From the NCBI GenBank assembly GCA_005878665.1, contig VBLR01000114.1, forward strand, positions 3,945-67,944: a stretch of DNA of 64,000 nucleotides. The letters are read 5' to 3'. This document shows, piece after piece, positions 1 to 8,699 of the stretch. Each line of letters opens with the position of its first letter. Position 1 is the stretch's first letter. The stretch is from Methanobacteriota archaeon. GTDB taxonomy: Archaea > Thermoplasmatota > Thermoplasmata > RBG-16-68-12. The notes below the pieces were generated by a model. The model did not search any database, was not told the DNA's origin, and was given only the letters and a program-made list of their open reading frames with translations. Both the position numbers and the translations under genes were made by a program.

Positions 1-231
1 ATGCGCTTCGAGACCTCTCGCACCTCCCGCACGCCGTCCAGGATCTCGATTCGTCGACGGATCGCGGGGAGTTCGGACGGCGGGGCGTGCAGGAAGAACG
101 TCGGCACGACCCGCGGGTCCTCGATCCGATGCACGCCTTGCGGGTTCCACAACCATAGGACCATCGAGTCGCGGTCGTAGTCGCCGTAGGCGTCGATGAT
201 CCAGCCGTGCGTGAGCGAGCTCCCCCGCCAT
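1..231 (-). CDS. polB: Family B DNA polymerase (PolB), N-terminal fragment running off the window edge
   Basis: The minus-strand frame reads ...HGWIIDAYGDYDRDSMVLWLWNPQGVHRIEDPRVVPTFFLHAPPSELPAIRRRIEIL. This matches the archaeal PolB N-terminus (MILDxDY...PVIRlF...EPYfYA...PAIR). No canonical start codon precedes the conserved ILDxDY block (see findings). Confidence 0.5.
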   Translation of the reverse strand, partial: MAGELAHARLDHRRLRRLRPRLDGPMVVEPARRASDRGPAGRADVLPARPAVRTPRDPSTNRDPGRRAGGARGLEAH

Positions 232-749
232 CACGAGGCCCGGGCGCCCTCTTGAGGCGACGCGGGAGGGAGGTCGGTGAAAGTGCGCGCGAGGAGGACC
301 TCATGGGGAGCCAAGAGCATCCGCATCTGCACGGAGAGCCCGCGCCAGCGATACCACCGCCAGAGGACTCGGCGGGCGACCCGCTCGAATCCGAGGGACT
401 CGAACAGGCGCATCGACGGATCGTTGTCCCTGGGTACGGCGGCAAACACCCGGTCGGCCCCGCGAGATCGGAAGAGCCGGAGCGATTCCTGGACGAGCGC
501 CCTTCCGGAGCCCATCCCGCGCGCCTGTGGATCGACCGCGACGAAGTACACGTACCCGATGGACGGCGTCCCGCGGAAGAGAATCCCCTCGAGGAAGCCC
601 ACGATTGAGGATTCACCCTCGGCCACCAGGAAGGGCCAGGCGTGGCGCAGCCCGCGGACTGCGAAGTACGCGTAGACGCGGTCGAACGAGGCCCGGGCGA
701 TCCTCACGATGGCCGGGCGGTCGGGGGCGGTCGCGTCACGAATCTGCAC
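231..749 (-). CDS. GNAT family N-acetyltransferase
   Basis: 172 aa starting ATG 749. Carries acetyl-CoA-binding motifs (VAVDPQARGMGSGRALV...LGF). Its stop abuts the polB start region. Confidence 0.75.
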   Translation of the reverse strand: MQIRDATAPDRPAIVRIARASFDRVYAYFAVRGLRHAWPFLVAEGESSIVGFLEGILFRGTPSIGYVYFVAVDPQARGMGSGRALVQESLRLFRSRGADRVFAAVPRDNDPSMRLFESLGFERVARRVLWRWYRWRGLSVQMRMLLAPHEVLLARTFTDLPPASPQEGARAS

Positions 750-1011
750 GGGGCCCGGAATCGCCCGCGGCCGAAGAACGTTCCCGTTTCAGCGCCTCGA
801 TGTCCCGTTCCATCTCCAGGAGGATCGAGAGGAGCGCCAAGATGCTCGGGTCGATGTGGGCGCAGTAACTCGCGGCGCTCGAGTGCGCCCTCGACTGGTA
901 CAGTAGACGGTCGAACACCTCGCGGTCCTTCTCCCGCAACGCGCGTCGATAGTCCATCCAGTCGTTCAAGATCGACTCGAGGTGCAGTCGATATGTCGGA
1001 ATCGTGCGGCC
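736..1011 (-). CDS. Hypothetical small helical protein (~92 aa)
   Basis: The ORF 736..1392 contains an internal Met followed by a non-biased sequence (MGRTIPTYRLHLESILNDWMDYRRALREKDREVFDRLL...). It overlaps the GNAT start by 14 nt, suggesting co-transcription. The upstream part of the ORF is Arg/Gly-rich junk. Confidence 0.3.
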   Translation of the reverse strand, partial: GRTIPTYRLHLESILNDWMDYRRALREKDREVFDRLLYQSRAHSSAASYCAHIDPSILALLSILLEMERDIEALKRERSSAAGDSGPRADS

Positions 1012-1065
1012 CATTCCCTTTCGGATTGTAGCCCCTGCATAAGATGGGAAGCGGGGGAGGGGTCG

Positions 1066-1974
1066 GTGAAAGTGCATGTAGACGCCGGGCCATCCGCCCC
1101 GCCGTTGAATCCCGAGGAGGCTTCCCGGCTCCTGATTCAGGAGTACAGCCGCATGGCCCGCGAGTACGACGCGCACGTGACACCATATCATGCACCAATC
1201 GCCCGACGTCTGCTCGAGCTGGCGCGTATCGAAGAGGGCGAACGAATCCTCGATATCGGTTGCGGCACCGGGATCGTTGCGTTCGAAGCCGCCGCGGCGG
1301 TCGGAGAAGGGGGCTCTGTCGTCGGGATCGATCTCGCGGAACGCGCCGTGCGGCTTGCCGCGGACAAGGCCGCCGCCGCGGGACTTCGGCACGTCCGTTT
1401 TGTGGTCATGGACTCCCGCGCCCTTCGATTTCCGGCCGGCTCATTCGACGCTGTCTTGTCGGGCTTCGGCCACCCGCTCATCGAGCGGCGACGCTGCTTG
1501 GAGGAGGTGCATCGCGTCGTCGGTACGCGAGGACGTTTTGCCCTGTGCACATGGAACCCGGTCAAGGCCCTGTCGAAAGCCACGTTTGTGGTGGTTCGCG
1601 AGATGCTGGAGCGCCGTCGACCCGCGGTCGTCGCCCCCGATGTCGCCCGCCTGATCGAGGCCCGGAAGATCCTCGCCTCGACGGAGGAGGGCAAGGAGAC
1701 ACAATCCGCGGACGGCTGGATTCGCCTCTTCCGAAGTGCCGGCCTGTCGTCGGCAGAAACGGTCGAGGAGACGCACTGGGCCGCCTTTCGAGGGCCGGAC
1801 GCGTACCTGGAGTATTCGTTCGCATGGGGCGACAACGAGCGGGAGCTGCGCCACATGACGGCCGAAGACCGCGAGGCGTTTCGCCGGGAATTCCGCGAGC
1901 GAGTGACCCCGTTGATGACGGACGAAGGCCTCATCGTAGATTGGAATCTGCGTTACTTTCTTGTTCGGGAATAG
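1066..1974 (+). CDS. Class I SAM-dependent methyltransferase
   Basis: ILDIGCGTG motif, acidic post-I motif and Rossmann-fold pattern. The start is uncertain: GTG 1066, ~25 nt downstream of a TATA-like ATAAGAT (leaderless geometry), or ATG ~1129. Confidence 0.75.
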   Translation: MKVHVDAGPSAPPLNPEEASRLLIQEYSRMAREYDAHVTPYHAPIARRLLELARIEEGERILDIGCGTGIVAFEAAAAVGEGGSVVGIDLAERAVRLAADKAAAAGLRHVRFVVMDSRALRFPAGSFDAVLSGFGHPLIERRRCLEEVHRVVGTRGRFALCTWNPVKALSKATFVVVREMLERRRPAVVAPDVARLIEARKILASTEEGKETQSADGWIRLFRSAGLSSAETVEETHWAAFRGPDAYLEYSFAWGDNERELRHMTAEDREAFRREFRERVTPLMTDEGLIVDWNLRYFLVRE

Positions 1975-2002
1975 ACCCTTCGAGCCGGGCGGTCTACCCG
2001 GA

Positions 2003-2740
2003 CTATTCCTTCGTCCACCGTCGCATCTTGCGGAGGCACGCGCGCCGGTCGTCCGGGATTCCTTTGAAGATTTCGAGCGTGACCGGCCCGTCGTATCCGC
2101 GGGCCTTCAACGCCTTCGCATCTCGTTCGAGATCGATCGTTCCCTTCCCGAAAGGCAAGTGTTCGTCGCCGGTCTCGCCGTGCCCTCCATGGTTGTCGTG
2201 CATGTGCACGAGCCCGAGACGGTCGGCGAGTGCCGCGAGATAGGTCCGCGCGCCGTCCGTCCGATTGTCGAGATGGGCGTGTCCGACGTCCAGGCAGTAT
2301 CGCAGGTCCGGCACGGCATCGAGGACCGTCCGCATGACCTCCGGCGGCTCGTCGACGTTCTCCACCGTCACGACGGCGCCTCGGTCCGACGCGGCGCGCA
2401 CCAGGTCGGCGAACCACGACGCTTTCGTCTCCGGCGAGATCCGCGGCGCGGACCGCGTCTCCATGAAATGCGCGTTGAAGATGTGGATCCCGACCGGCTC
2501 GAGGGCGTCGATGAATCCGACGAACCGAGCGAGGTCCGCCTGATGAAAGTGCGACGGCGGGAGATGGGCGGTGAACAGGGGGAGGCGCTTCGCCAAGGTC
2601 TCCGCTTCCGCCGCCAACTTCGTCGGCTCCCAGGTGAGCCACGTCAGGTCGAGCTCCGCGTAGTCGAACCCGGATTCCCGCAATTCGTCGACCTGCTTCG
2701 GGAACGGCTCGCGGCTGTACGTCGATCCGCCGATGCGCAC
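2003..2740 (-). CDS. Sugar phosphate isomerase/epimerase (xylose isomerase-like TIM barrel)
   Basis: 245 aa. The conserved metal-binding pattern (VENVDEPP...HAHLDN...HMHDNHGGHGE...HLPFGKGTIDL) is typical of AP-endonuclease-2/xylose-isomerase-like barrels. Confidence 0.75.
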   Translation of the reverse strand: MRIGGSTYSREPFPKQVDELRESGFDYAELDLTWLTWEPTKLAAEAETLAKRLPLFTAHLPPSHFHQADLARFVGFIDALEPVGIHIFNAHFMETRSAPRISPETKASWFADLVRAASDRGAVVTVENVDEPPEVMRTVLDAVPDLRYCLDVGHAHLDNRTDGARTYLAALADRLGLVHMHDNHGGHGETGDEHLPFGKGTIDLERDAKALKARGYDGPVTLEIFKGIPDDRRACLRKMRRWTKE

Positions 2741-2813
2741 AGGCGCACGAACCGGCGGGCCGGTATAAGATTTGCCGCGCGCCTTTCATGAGGGCCGCTG
2801 CAATGGTCCCGGC

Positions 2814-3425
2814 GTGGTCCTGGACATCCTCTGGGCGATCCTCGCTGGCACCGGCATCGGCCTTTCGCTCGCGGCGCCGCCGGGGCCCGTGAACGCGATC
2901 ATCGCGTCCCAGACGGTCACGCGATCGTGGCGGGCCGGATTTCTCGTCGGGATGGGCGCGACGACCGCGGACACGATCTTCCTCGCCGTGTCCATCGCCG
3001 CGCATTCGGCCGTCACGAGCATCCAGGGATGGGTCCCCGTCATCGCCCTCCTCGGGGCCGGCCTGATGGCGTACTTCGCCTGGAACACGGTCCGGGCGTT
3101 GCGACGCGCGGCCGACATCATGGAATCCGAGCCGGAGGAGCACGCGAAATCCTACGCCACCGGCTTGAGCGTGAACATCACGAGCCCCTATCCGATCCTG
3201 TGGTGGCTCACCGCCGGCCTCGTCTTGATCGACCAACTGGGTCCTGCAGTCCTGGTCGGATTCTTCTCGGGCCTCCTCCTCTGGATTTCGGTCTTCCCGC
3301 TCGCCCTGCGCGAGGCCCAACGCCGCATCGCGCGCACGTATCAGGCGGTCCTCGTGTTCTCGATTGTGTGCCTCGCTGCCTTCGCCGCCTGGCTCGTGTG
3401 GTCTGCGGTTGCGGTCCTCCTCTGA
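2814..3425 (+). CDS. LysE/RhtB family amino-acid exporter
   Basis: Six predicted TM segments with the N-terminal LysE signature (LSLAAPPGPVN). The likely start is GTG 2814, in frame with the track ORF 2772..3425. A TATA-like GGTATAAGA lies at ~2763. Confidence 0.7.
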   Translation: MVLDILWAILAGTGIGLSLAAPPGPVNAIIASQTVTRSWRAGFLVGMGATTADTIFLAVSIAAHSAVTSIQGWVPVIALLGAGLMAYFAWNTVRALRRAADIMESEPEEHAKSYATGLSVNITSPYPILWWLTAGLVLIDQLGPAVLVGFFSGLLLWISVFPLALREAQRRIARTYQAVLVFSIVCLAAFAAWLVWSAVAVLL

Positions 3426-3428
3426 GAC

Positions 3429-4151
3429 TTACCAGCCGAGACGCAAGTGCTCCGTCAGCCGGATTTCGCGGGATGCGCCCGCCACCCCGAACGCTGGGAT
3501 GCGCGGAGCCGCGACCGCGAAGTCGTCCATCGTCGTCTGGTCGGGGGGCACGGCGGCATACCACTCCGACGTCCCGGTGTCGAGCCGATGGATGAGGACG
3601 CCGCCTTTCCCGTGGGCGATGCGGATCACGCGGTCCGCGCCCTCGTACAACTGCCGCCGGATCGACTTCCGGCGATGGAGCTTCGCCAGGCCCGCGTTCG
3701 TCACTAGGCCGACGACCTCCCGCTCCCCGACCGTCTGGCGGATCGTCCGCATCGACCGCTGGAACAGCTGGTGCGCCTCGCCCACTTCGACGTCCTCGTC
3801 GAGGAACATCTCCGGCAGGCATGCGAGGACCACGAGGCCCGCGCGGGTCTCCTCGATTTTTTTATCCAGCATATCCAATATTAACGTCGTCATCTGGTGG
3901 CACGTGAACGCTCGGGCCACGTGCACGCGGGGCAGGATCTCCTCCCGCGTCAGCGCGGCCCGCTTCCCGAGGGCGACCATGCCGTGCGGGTCCACCGAGT
4001 TCCCGCCGTCCAGGAAGACGACTTCGTGGCCTTCCATGACCGCGCGCACGGACAGGAGGGTCGTGAGGTGGAACACGAAGTCGGAGCCGCTGTCGATCAA
4101 CGTGATCTTGCCCGCCTCGAACGGTCCGAGGATCCGGTCGAGGGTGGGCAC
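3429..4151 (-). CDS. RecA/KaiC-superfamily-like protein with degenerate P-loop (hypothetical)
   Basis: 240 aa with a RecA-core-like beta-strand/helix pattern (GKITLIDSGSDFVF...VVFLDGGNS...GLVVLACLPEMF). The Walker A GxxxxGK[ST] is replaced by SGSDF. Confidence 0.35.
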   Translation of the reverse strand: MPTLDRILGPFEAGKITLIDSGSDFVFHLTTLLSVRAVMEGHEVVFLDGGNSVDPHGMVALGKRAALTREEILPRVHVARAFTCHQMTTLILDMLDKKIEETRAGLVVLACLPEMFLDEDVEVGEAHQLFQRSMRTIRQTVGEREVVGLVTNAGLAKLHRRKSIRRQLYEGADRVIRIAHGKGGVLIHRLDTGTSEWYAAVPPDQTTMDDFAVAAPRIPAFGVAGASREIRLTEHLRLGW

Positions 4152-4379
4152 CAGGGTCGTGAGGGCCGGACGCGTCTCGACGCGGACCTCCGGGATGACG
4201 ATGGCTTCCGCGGCCAGCGCGATGGAAATCCTCCCCGCGATTCGATGGAGATGGCGATATAAATCCTGGGGCGGAGGGGAGGGATGGGTGAAAGTATGGG
4301 CGACTCCACGCCGATGGCACGTATCGCCGAGGAGTAAGCCCTATCTAACCGCCGGCCCGATACATCGACAGGAGACGGC

Positions 4380-5609
4380 ATGCAAGGAGAACGGTACCAG
4401 AACACGATTGCACTCCTCCTCATCGTCCTCGTGTTCGCGTCGATCCCTTTGATCGTGAACTTCCTCGGCGCGTGGTTCCTGTGGGCGCCCATCTTGGCCG
4501 CTCTCGCCGTCCTTCCCGCGGCCTTCCTAAGGGAGGCGGAACTTGACACGGGCCTCGAGGCGCCGGCCCGGGTCCGCGCCGCACTCGCCGGAAACCTCCG
4601 CAGCGAAGGCCTCGAAGTGACGACCGAACCCGACGCCGTCTGGGTCCGAATCGACGCGCTGTCCGCGGTCCGGATCCGAGCACGAACGACCGAGCGGGGC
4701 ACGGTTCTGTCGTCTCAGGCGCGCGCGACGAGAGCGGGATGGCTTCTCCTAATCGCCCTCGTCGCGTCCGTCGTGGGGAGCCTGCCGGCCGTCGCACTGA
4801 CTCTCGTCCTCTTCCGACGTGCGAACCGGTTCGCCCGAGCCCGAGCACCCGCGGCGTTCGGAGGGAAAGGCCGTGCGGCCGTCTCGTCGAGAGACGAGGT
4901 GCGGGCCATGCTCCTGGGAAGCCTCTCTTCGGCCTTGCGGATCGCCCGCGAGGCGTCCGATGCTCAACACAAAGCACACACGGACGCCCAGACTGTCATC
5001 GCGGTTGCTGCGTTCACAAGCTGGACCGCGCTCCTCATCGGTTTGTTCGTCGCGTTGAACGGGTTCAATCTGATCACGGGCCAATGGGATGTACCAATCG
5101 TTGGCGCGACAGCCGGCACCTTGGTCCTCTCGGTCGTCCTCTTGGCGGTCGTGCGACGGCGATACCGCCCAAGGCTCGCGCGCTACCGCACGTGGATCGA
5201 CCGTTTGAGTGACGCGTTCGACCGAGAGATGTCCCTGGAGGCCGCGGAACCGTCTGCTGCAAGCACGTTTGAGCTCCTCGCGGAAGCTTCCACTCAGGTT
5301 CCGGATTGGCTGAACGCCCAGCGGCGTGCGGGGCTCAGCAGCGATCCCGCGACGTCCCTGGGGATCCTGCTCCTCACGCTCTTCGTCTCTTCGATGTTCA
5401 CCAACGCCATCATCGGGGCCCTCCGCGGTGCCCTCGACCTCGTATTCGTCTACGCGGCTACGGGAACCGTCGCCGCCGGAATCGCCGCGTGGATCTACCG
5501 TGCGTGGAAGCGGCGGGAAGACGCCCGCCTCGCGCACGCGCAGGCCGCCTGGGACGCGCACGTGAAGTCGCTGCGTGCGCGGATGGACCACTTCCTCGAG
5601 GAGATGTGA
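4380..5609 (+). CDS. Hypothetical polytopic membrane protein
   Basis: 409 aa with multiple hydrophobic helices. No recognisable catalytic motif. Confidence 0.5.
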   Translation: MQGERYQNTIALLLIVLVFASIPLIVNFLGAWFLWAPILAALAVLPAAFLREAELDTGLEAPARVRAALAGNLRSEGLEVTTEPDAVWVRIDALSAVRIRARTTERGTVLSSQARATRAGWLLLIALVASVVGSLPAVALTLVLFRRANRFARARAPAAFGGKGRAAVSSRDEVRAMLLGSLSSALRIAREASDAQHKAHTDAQTVIAVAAFTSWTALLIGLFVALNGFNLITGQWDVPIVGATAGTLVLSVVLLAVVRRRYRPRLARYRTWIDRLSDAFDREMSLEAAEPSAASTFELLAEASTQVPDWLNAQRRAGLSSDPATSLGILLLTLFVSSMFTNAIIGALRGALDLVFVYAATGTVAAGIAAWIYRAWKRREDARLAHAQAAWDAHVKSLRARMDHFLEEM

Positions 5610-5664
5610 CGGCGTGGCCGGAGGGTCGGATTGGGGGCGCCCGGACCTGTACGTGGTCGCTCGG

Positions 5665-5910
5665 ATGCTCGAGCGACTGTGGCGTGAGGCCGACCCGATG
5701 GTCAAGACCCGCCTGCAAGTCGCGGCGAATGTGAACTACGACGTCTTCAGCCGGTACATCGGGTGGATGCAGAGCCGGGGACTCGTGTCGCTCGAGAACT
5801 CAGCGGACGGCCACGAGCGTGTGGCCTTGACCGACAAGGGGCGCGAGGCGTACCGGAAGCTCGTGCAGTGGATCAACGATGTCGTGCGCGGCGAGTTCTC
5901 CAGCGCCTAG
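5665..5910 (+). CDS. Small winged-helix DNA-binding protein (archaeal wHTH family)
   Basis: 81 aa from ATG 5665 (MLERLWREADPMVKTRLQVAANVNYDVFSRYIGWMQSRGLV...). The pattern is wHTH-like. The upstream part of the track ORF overlaps the preceding gene and is probably not coding. Confidence 0.55.
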   Translation: MLERLWREADPMVKTRLQVAANVNYDVFSRYIGWMQSRGLVSLENSADGHERVALTDKGREAYRKLVQWINDVVRGEFSSA

Positions 5911-6359
5911 CTCGAATGCCCGTCTTCACGGAGATTCCGCTCCATCTCCCCGAGATGGAAGTCGAGGTCCCGCTCCGTGTAGCGCCGCCACCATGCAGTT
6001 GCGAGCGGGATGAGAATCCAGCCAACGTGCCGGGGTCGTATGTCCACGTCGAGCGAGACGCGAGTGCTGTCGCCCTCCGGGTCGAATCGGTATGCGTACC
6101 GGACGTCTGCGGCGGGATAGCGCGCCTCGACCGCGTACCCGAGAGGCGGATTGACGATCACATGCTCTTGGATCGTGACCCGCATCGGACGCGTCGCACG
6201 ATCCTGCAACCAGATCTCGTTCCCGGTCCGCCGCAGGACAAAGCGCGTGCTCGCGGCGGGAGAGCCCGGGCGCTGATGGTCATCCTCGCGGAAGTCCGTC
6301 CACCAGGCGAAGACCTCGTCCCGCGGGAACGGCGTCTTGCGATCCAGGCGGAACTTCAT
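5907..6359 (-). CDS. SRPBCC (START/Bet v1-like) family protein
   Basis: 150 aa with a polyketide-cyclase/SRPBCC-like fold pattern. Composition is non-biased. Confidence 0.5.
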   Translation of the reverse strand: MKFRLDRKTPFPRDEVFAWWTDFREDDHQRPGSPAASTRFVLRRTGNEIWLQDRATRPMRVTIQEHVIVNPPLGYAVEARYPAADVRYAYRFDPEGDSTRVSLDVDIRPRHVGWILIPLATAWWRRYTERDLDFHLGEMERNLREDGHSS

Positions 6360-6452
6360 TCGACGGGTACCAGGCGAGCCCCCACGGATGAACCTCTCGG
6401 GTTAACCTTGTTTACGGTTGACTCCCGCAGGCCGATGGGACCAGCATGCTGC

Positions 6453-7082
6453 CTAACTCGACGGCGGGGGCGGCGGCGAAGCGGCCGTGGCCGCGGCAGC
6501 GCGCGCCTGACGTTTCCGGCGGATCGCCGACGTCTGCATGAACGCACCGAGGACGAATACACCAAGACCCGCGAGGGCCGCGGTCGTCGTGGGGACGACC
6601 TGCAAGAGGTACAGGCCCAGGGCCAGCAGCAGTCCGCCGATCGCCGCGGTGATGATGCCAATGATGTCGTCGATGAAGTAGTACGAGATGCCAAAGACGA
6701 CGACGAGCACGAGGATGGCCGCAATGAGGGGCGTGTCCAGCTGGCCGGCCGTGAACTGGGCCTTGCCGCCGAGTAGCGCATAGATTGCCGCCCCAGCCAG
6801 GAGGCCGACGAGGAACGCAAGGGCCACCTTGACGAGTTTCGTAAACAGGATGCTCCCGATGACCGCGCCGACGATCGCGAGGATGAGCCCGGTGAGGTCG
6901 CTCCCGAGCGCGACACCGAACAGGAAGCCGACGACGCTCCCGAGCAGGGCCCCGATGAGGGACATCACGGTGGCCCACAGACCGTGCCCCCAGAATGCGA
7001 GGGCGAGGCCCGTCAGGATCAGGATCGCCCCAAGGAGGTAGCGGACCTCGGGTGAGGTGACGATCCCAGGGAGCGCAGCCAT
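6453..7082 (-). CDS. Hypothetical membrane protein (Gly/Ala-rich TM helices)
   Basis: 209 aa with 5-6 TM helices and a poly-Pro/Ser C-terminus. Confidence 0.5.
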   Translation of the reverse strand: MAALPGIVTSPEVRYLLGAILILTGLALAFWGHGLWATVMSLIGALLGSVVGFLFGVALGSDLTGLILAIVGAVIGSILFTKLVKVALAFLVGLLAGAAIYALLGGKAQFTAGQLDTPLIAAILVLVVVFGISYYFIDDIIGIITAAIGGLLLALGLYLLQVVPTTTAALAGLGVFVLGAFMQTSAIRRKRQARAAAATAASPPPPPSS

Positions 7083-7145
7083 CGCGCGTCGATTCGGCTC
7101 GGACTATAAATAGACAGCGCGTTTTTCGGACACGGTTCGGGTCCA

Positions 7146-8699
7146 CTACCCGCGACCGAACACATCGTCCGCGCGTTTGGCGATTTCCCGGACCGTCCCT
7201 TCATCGAGGATTCCGGTCCCGAGGACGTGCTCCCGCACATTCAGGTCGTCGTAGCTGAGGACGTCGATCACGGTCGGGATGCGGATCGCGTCGCCGATCA
7301 CCGCAACGGTCCGCAACGGAAGCTTCGCGATGATGTTCTCCCACATCTTCTTGTCCGGGACGCCAGCCAGGGCTGCCTCGACGTCGGAGGGCTCTTTGAG
7401 GGACATCACGAGACGATTCGCGAGCTGGCTCCGGACCTCGTCCGAGATGCGAGAGGGTCGCTGGTCGACGAGGGCCAGGATGAGATTGAACTTCCTCGTC
7501 TCACGGGCGAGCCGGCTGAACGTGTGCGCGTACGGCGCGATCTCGGGGCTCAGGAACTTGTGGGCCTCCTCGAGGAACAGGACGAGGCGCGGGTATTCCT
7601 CGTTCCGCTCCGTGTACAACTCGAACAGGCGGCGCGAGAGGATGTTCGCGACGAACAGGTAGACCATCTGATCCGTCCCGTAATCCCCGAAGTCGAGGAC
7701 GACGCTCTTCCCGTCGCGGATCGCCGCAAGGATGTGCGCGAACGCGTCTTTGGCCTGCGTCATGGCCCTGAGGAACGGAAGGCGGTCGAGCCGGCCGATC
7801 CGCCGCTTGAGACCCTGGAGGGTCATTTCGTGGGCCCTCTCCGATCCGAGCATTTCCATCGTCGCGTCCTTGACGGCCGAGATCAGGTCCCGGCCCCCGC
7901 GCGTCTTTGCGATCTCGTACAGCGTGTCGACCATCGGCGCGGTCAGATCCTGCAGCGCGACGATGAGGTCCTCCGGCGTGATCTCGCCCGTGTCGAGGAC
8001 GAACGGTTTGGCCTCTCGGTTCTTCGGATCCAGGGAGAAGATTTCGACCTTCCCGGGGAAGAAGAACTTCAGGCCTTCCGTCTTGTCCGTCGCGCTGAAA
8101 ACCCCGTACTCGCTGTGCATGTCGAAGATGAGGACGGATCCGACGTCCTTCGAGAGGATCCCCGCGCAGACGAGCTTGTTCAGGATTGACTTGCCCGTCC
8201 CGGTCCGCCCGAAGATCGCGAACGGCTTCTCGACCAGTTTCTTCATGTCGAGCTGCACGTGGAACGGTTCCACGCCAGTGATGGTGCCCAACGTCGCGGA
8301 CGTGTCCGTCACTTCGTATATGCGTTCCACGTCGTCCCGGGTCGCATGTCGGCACGCGGAGAAGTACGGCGGGATCGTCTGCGGCTCGCTGAGCTTCTTC
8401 GTCTCCCGGTCCACCAGCTGGATCATTCGGAGTTTCGCCTTGCTGTAGAAGATCGGGCCTCCATAGCCTTCGTGCGTCTCCGGCCGCGGCACGATCACGT
8501 CCGCGATCGTCGAACCCGCGAGTTGGTCCGCGATATCGCTCTCCTCGTTTACGACGTCCTCCACGAGGCAATAGAAGTCGTATCGTGCGCCCTCGACGAT
8601 GACCGGGAACGCAATCTTCAGTTCCTCCGGATTTCCGAGCTGGAGTTTCGCGACGAGGCCGTCGATCACGGACGCGGCGACGATCTCCCCGATCTTCAT
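7146..8699 (-). CDS. herA: HerA-type DNA double-strand-break repair helicase
   Basis: 517 aa with Walker A (FGRTGTGKS) and a HAS-barrel N-terminus. Its start overlaps the nurA stop by 4 nt. Confidence 0.9.
   Translation of the reverse strand: MKIGEIVAASVIDGLVAKLQLGNPEELKIAFPVIVEGARYDFYCLVEDVVNEESDIADQLAGSTIADVIVPRPETHEGYGGPIFYSKAKLRMIQLVDRETKKLSEPQTIPPYFSACRHATRDDVERIYEVTDTSATLGTITGVEPFHVQLDMKKLVEKPFAIFGRTGTGKSILNKLVCAGILSKDVGSVLIFDMHSEYGVFSATDKTEGLKFFFPGKVEIFSLDPKNREAKPFVLDTGEITPEDLIVALQDLTAPMVDTLYEIAKTRGGRDLISAVKDATMEMLGSERAHEMTLQGLKRRIGRLDRLPFLRAMTQAKDAFAHILAAIRDGKSVVLDFGDYGTDQMVYLFVANILSRRLFELYTERNEEYPRLVLFLEEAHKFLSPEIAPYAHTFSRLARETRKFNLILALVDQRPSRISDEVRSQLANRLVMSLKEPSDVEAALAGVPDKKMWENIIAKLPLRTVAVIGDAIRIPTVIDVLSYDDLNVREHVLGTGILDEGTVREIAKRADDVFGRG

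Noticed and set aside
1953-3320. 455-aa minus-strand ORF (and 1961..2791 plus-strand ORF)
   Set aside because: Arg-rich low-complexity translation overlapping two well-supported genes (sugar-phosphate isomerase, LysE exporter) in other frames.
4287-4340. 17-codon ORF starting at the GTG of motif copy 3
   Set aside because: Too short and unsupported. Treated as part of the 5' leader/promoter module.
5763-6776. 337-aa plus-strand ORF
   Set aside because: Overlaps SRPBCC and membrane-protein genes on the opposite strand. Arg-rich.
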